Shown: positions 60,116 to 64,000 of the stretch, piece by piece
Layout of the letters: each line of letters begins with the position of its first letter
Position numbering within the stretch: position 1 is the first letter of the stretch
IMG/VR virus record: IMGVR_UViG_3300009709_000003
Coordinates: 64,001-128,000 of that record
Length of the DNA stretch: 64,000 nucleotides
Strand: one strand, 5' to 3'
Source: a virus
The notes under the pieces: generated by a model
The model's input: only the letters and a program-made list of their open reading frames with translations
What the model was told of the DNA's origin: nothing
Database searches by the model: none
Made by a program: the position numbers and the translations under genes

Positions 60116-62156
60116 TGTAATCCCCTGTATAATCAACACTTGACATGTCATTTTTCTTAGTGATGGTCCAAGTGTTGTCGAAATCCATACTATTTACAAA
60201 TCTACTGTTGTGACTAATTATCAAGCACGTGTCTGTATGTTTAAGTCTATCGAAAGCCAAAATAAGATTATCTATGTTCGTGTTATCCAAGGCGTCATCA
60301 ATTTCGTCAACAGCTGCGAAATTAACTCCAACTCCACGTTCGAAAGCCAGTGTTCTCATAGCCAAAAACACAGCGAACACTATCATTTTTGATTCACCGC
60401 CTGAATACATACCAATCGGTATGTCACCCCGACCAGTAACGGAAACTATCAAGTCTATGCCTTGTTTAACACCCTTGCCTGACGCCTTTGTTTGAGCTGT
60501 CACAAATCTAGCAGTTGCACCACCAGGCCAAATTGTTTCTAATTCCTCGGCAAGCAACTGGTTAAGCCTTTCAATAGAAACGTCGTATTCCTGCAACTTT
60601 ATCTTTTTGAAATGTTTATCTAAAAATTGTGCATGCTGTACGTCAAGTAGCTTGCTCTCGATAGTACCCGCTAAGGCATTTTTCTCATCCAATGCTTTAG
60701 TATATTGGTCGCGACGAGCCACCATGTCTTCCAACTGCTTGGTGGCCACTTGTATGTCTCTGACTATAGACTTAAATGCGATTTCTTTAGTGTTCAAATG
60801 CGATTGCTTAAGTAACAAATCGTTTTTTAGACTAGAATGGTCAACTTGCGTTGACATCGCAGATATGCTCTGAAGTATTGTTTTTATTTTTAAGTCTATG
60901 TCTTTAACTAGGGCTTCTGTTTCAATGTTATAATTGCTTCGCTCAAATTGTTCCAACATAAATAGCTGTCTGTTAGCATCCGATATCAACAAGTCCAAAC
61001 TTTTTATCTTATTAACTGTTTCCTCTGAGTGATTCTCAACTGGATGGCTAGGTAAAGTTTGTTTGCAATATGGGCATATACCACTTACATTGTTCTTTAT
61101 AGCAGCAAGTTCTTTAGCCAAAATAGCCTTATCTAAGCTATATTCGGCAATTTTGGCCTTTAATTCTTCATGAGTGTCTGAGTATTTAATCGGCCTAAAA
61201 GAAACCGCACCACGCTCAAGTTGAAGAGAGTCATAGTGTTGACGCAATGCGTCCATTTGTCTAGCATGTGCTTGAGATGCCGTTTCGGCAGTTAGCAATG
61301 CTGATTGTGCTGCTGAATACTCCGCAACTGCCGTTTGTCTCTCCTGGTCTGCAACTTGCTTGGCAAGTTTCAACGACTCAAGCCCAACTACTACTTCAGA
61401 CATCTCGTGGTCGGACGGATAAGTAAACTTACTAAGCCACCCCTCCATAGTTTGATGTCGAATATTTAAAGCATCAACTTCTACCTGGATAGATGAAGCT
61501 TTAACTTTAGCTAATTCGGCAGCACGTTCCCATAAAGAAACGTCAACAACAGCTTTTATGATTTTTTCGCGTTCACCTGAAGTACCATTAGTAAGTACGG
61601 ACATAGCCCGTTGACCAATGCTCACATATGCAGAAAACTGGTCGATTGTCATCTTCAACACATCTTTGCAGACGTACTTCTGAATATCAAGAATTGTCTT
61701 GGCACCCTGTGATGTAGGACGATCATCAACCCACTCGTCCCCATCCCAATACTCTACAAACACATCTGTGCCTGTATATGTGTTTCCTGTGGAAAGTACA
61801 GTTGATGGCTCTGTGCCAATAATCGACGTACCTATTTCCTCATCAGTCCATTTCCGAGTTTGAATAACACGATATTTTATGTCATCATGATTGATGAACC
61901 AAAGTACACCAAACTGGCCTTTATTCCACAGTTTGTTTGTGTTTACAACATCTCCAGCGCCATGTCCAGTATCGTTTTCTCCAAAAGCAATCTGCTTAAC
62001 TGCATTTAGAATAGATGATTTACCAATTCCATTTGACGTGCCACGATCCACATCTGTGCCAGTAATATATACCCTACCCTGTTCGTGCAGAGGTATAGTT
62101 TTACAAACGCCATGAGAGAACATACCGGTTGTATTTACGGCCAAAAATGTAATCAC
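60102..62156 (-). CDS. sbcC: SbcC/Rad50 (gp46-like) ATPase
   Basis: NGIGKSS Walker A, CPYC zinc hook, YSGGE signature, VDE, ISH. Confidence 0.92.
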   Translation of the reverse strand: MITFLAVNTTGMFSHGVCKTIPLHEQGRVYITGTDVDRGTSNGIGKSSILNAVKQIAFGENDTGHGAGDVVNTNKLWNKGQFGVLWFINHDDIKYRVIQTRKWTDEEIGTSIIGTEPSTVLSTGNTYTGTDVFVEYWDGDEWVDDRPTSQGAKTILDIQKYVCKDVLKMTIDQFSAYVSIGQRAMSVLTNGTSGEREKIIKAVVDVSLWERAAELAKVKASSIQVEVDALNIRHQTMEGWLSKFTYPSDHEMSEVVVGLESLKLAKQVADQERQTAVAEYSAAQSALLTAETASQAHARQMDALRQHYDSLQLERGAVSFRPIKYSDTHEELKAKIAEYSLDKAILAKELAAIKNNVSGICPYCKQTLPSHPVENHSEETVNKIKSLDLLISDANRQLFMLEQFERSNYNIETEALVKDIDLKIKTILQSISAMSTQVDHSSLKNDLLLKQSHLNTKEIAFKSIVRDIQVATKQLEDMVARRDQYTKALDEKNALAGTIESKLLDVQHAQFLDKHFKKIKLQEYDVSIERLNQLLAEELETIWPGGATARFVTAQTKASGKGVKQGIDLIVSVTGRGDIPIGMYSGGESKMIVFAVFLAMRTLAFERGVGVNFAAVDEIDDALDNTNIDNLILAFDRLKHTDTCLIISHNSRFVNSMDFDNTWTITKKNDMSSVDYTGDYNARF

Positions 62157-62407
62157 TTAACATCTTCCAACTTCAAATTTGAATTCTTCATTAGTGAGAT
62201 AATGTCACGAATGAATTGGGCCTGGGCCTCATTGCCGGGCCACTTAGACGCTAACACACCGCGCAATGGGTCTGTCATAGGAGAAGTACGAAAAGAAGTT
62301 ACGTACTGACCTTTACCACCTAGAACCAAATCGTATTCTTCGCGGATTTTTTGCACTAGAGCTTTAATGTTTTTCAGATCATCACGTTCATCAAATATAT
62401 CAGACAT
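62153..62407 (-). CDS. Hypothetical protein
   Basis: Coupled between the sbcD- and sbcC-like genes. Confidence 0.6.
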   Translation of the reverse strand: MSDIFDERDDLKNIKALVQKIREEYDLVLGGKGQYVTSFRTSPMTDPLRGVLASKWPGNEAQAQFIRDIISLMKNSNLKLEDVK

Positions 62408-63510
62408 TAGTTCGCTTCCTGTTTGGCTTGGCTAATTATAGATAGACTATCCTGTATTAATTTATTGGGCTCAAGATTGCCGATCTCTTGTGCTTTTAGA
62501 TAAACTGTAAACTTATTTTCTGGCGTGTCTTTAACATTAAAACCATCCACCAGCTTAATTTTTTCAAATTGCCGTTGCACTATCAAACGTAGTGACCTAA
62601 TTGGCAATTCTTTATTTAAGAATGTAGAAACCTCATCTCTGTCAACGTCTTTGGTAGACTGAACGGTAAGTTCTATGATGGCCTCTTGACCTGGCAAAAG
62701 CACCTGTTTTATGTTTGATACAAGCACATTGAGGCTCCTTTTATCAGTCGATTGCACAACTTCTTTAAAGGGCACTGGTGATAAAGGACGAATTAACTCC
62801 ATTTCAACACCGTCTCTAGTGACTTCAAAAGCCCAAAAGCCACGCGTTTGTCCACGATCTCCCATAGAGTGATACATTGGAGCACCCATGTACAGAGAAG
62901 GACAACCAAGAAGTTGGTCTAAACGCTGAGCGGTGTGATTGTCCGCACCAATCACTAGACTAGGTTTAAATTGTTTTATGGTCTCCGGGTCTATGCCTGT
63001 ATGAACAGCTTCACCATTCGCAAAGTAGGAACCCTTTAACAATCCGTGGAAAACAACCACTAATGGACATTCAAGACGCCTATTAGACATATCTATTGGT
63101 TGACGCTCAAGACCAGACGGCATAAATAACACGTCAACATCTTCTACATGAACCACAGTATTCCGATCATACGGAATGAACTTAGATAAGTCCTTTGTAA
63201 ATATCTCGGCTCTCTGGAATGCATGTCCTGATATAGCACTACGGCGGTTACGGTCGTGATTGCCGATACATGTTAATGTGACAATGCCACGATCACAGCG
63301 TTCTTTCCAAGCACGCTCTGCAGCCATTGATACAGCTTGTTCGGGCTGAGTATTCTTATAGGCATCACCACCAAAAATTACACAAGCAACTGCACGCTTT
63401 ACAGCTTCTTCAGTAATGAGACGATCTATATCCTCTATATCGGACAGTGTCACAGCGTTTGAAAAATATCCATTATGGTAATGGATATCGCCATATCCTA
63501 GAAATTTCAT
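62407..63510 (-). CDS. sbcD: SbcD/Mre11 (gp47-like) nuclease
   Basis: GDIH, GGD, GNHD, FHG, DNH; adjacent to Rad50-like gene. Confidence 0.88.
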   Translation of the reverse strand: MKFLGYGDIHYHNGYFSNAVTLSDIEDIDRLITEEAVKRAVACVIFGGDAYKNTQPEQAVSMAAERAWKERCDRGIVTLTCIGNHDRNRRSAISGHAFQRAEIFTKDLSKFIPYDRNTVVHVEDVDVLFMPSGLERQPIDMSNRRLECPLVVVFHGLLKGSYFANGEAVHTGIDPETIKQFKPSLVIGADNHTAQRLDQLLGCPSLYMGAPMYHSMGDRGQTRGFWAFEVTRDGVEMELIRPLSPVPFKEVVQSTDKRSLNVLVSNIKQVLLPGQEAIIELTVQSTKDVDRDEVSTFLNKELPIRSLRLIVQRQFEKIKLVDGFNVKDTPENKFTVYLKAQEIGNLEPNKLIQDSLSIISQAKQEAN

Positions 63511-63512
63511 AA

Positions 63513-63896
63513 TTATTCTTTTGTAGTTTGTTCCAACAATTTTACCAAATCATATACCATAGATTTCGCAGAAAGATACAGACTGTTGGCAAGAGAGTAT
63601 TCACGCCCATACAAATATGTACGCAAATAACAAACTAAATCTAAAGCCTCCTGCAATGAATCAATCAGTTGGTCACGACCATTGCCGGGTTGAAGGTGCA
63701 CACCATGCTTTCTAACACCTTCCTTATCTCTAGCTTTCATGATTTCAATGGTGTGATTGAATGTTTCAATACTATGTTGTATACCACCAACATGTTTCAT
63801 ATCTGCTATGACGTCATCAATAACCAAATCCCAAGAATGCGGATTATCATTTTTGGTTGGTGGCTGTTGTTCCGTGATTAATTCTTGTGTATTCAT
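63513..63896 (-). CDS. Conserved phage hypothetical protein
   Basis: R...G.RKHG..LQPGNGRD.L.D..QEALD...Y. Confidence 0.65.
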   Translation of the reverse strand: MNTQELITEQQPPTKNDNPHSWDLVIDDVIADMKHVGGIQHSIETFNHTIEIMKARDKEGVRKHGVHLQPGNGRDQLIDSLQEALDLVCYLRTYLYGREYSLANSLYLSAKSMVYDLVKLLEQTTKE

Positions 63897-64000
63897 GCTA
63901 GGTTACTCATCTTTGCCGGATTGAAATAATCGTATTCCGGAGGACTTACCACTTGTCCTTGTCGTTTTTTCCAGTTGGCCAGATCTTCGAACTGGTCTCG

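Noticed and set aside
1-64000. Stop-codon reassignment
   Set aside because: Conserved enzymes are full length in the standard code, and TAA, TAG and TGA all end coupled genes

Overview
This window looks like part of a large (jumbo-type) dsDNA bacteriophage genome. It is densely packed with short overlapping ORFs and uses the standard genetic code. I found no rRNA, canonical tRNA, CRISPR array or integrase. Recognisable genes are a LexA-type HTH, SLT transglycosylase, ClpP, patatin, GH5 glycosidase, two sigma-70-family factors, SLOG protein, two ArdA-like proteins, SF2 helicase, KTSC, calpain-like and zincin proteases, two metallophosphoesterases, oligoribonuclease, a T5 A1-like protein, ATP-dependent DNA ligase, adenosine deaminase, trigger factor and an SbcCD (Mre11/Rad50) pair. 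The most striking structure is regulatory and not explained by the ORF track. (1) About 16 sigma-54-type -24/-12 promoters (TGGCAC-N5-TTGCA) all point into the adjacent gene. They diverge from a point near 16.1 kb, and several are copy-pasted promoter+RBS cassettes each driving one tiny gene. (2) Two intact type II hammerhead ribozymes sit in consecutive intergenic gaps (16715-16764 and 17519-17568) and bracket an 804-nt two-gene segment, directly upstream of an ArdA-like gene. (3) An unannotated 53-aa ORF carries a SutA-like RNA-polymerase-binding motif. (4) About 20 accessory proteins are built from a few reusable sequence modules shuffled in different combinations, with exact 27-35 bp DNA blocks shared between distant paralogs. 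All protein calls come from visual motif recognition; no database search was run.
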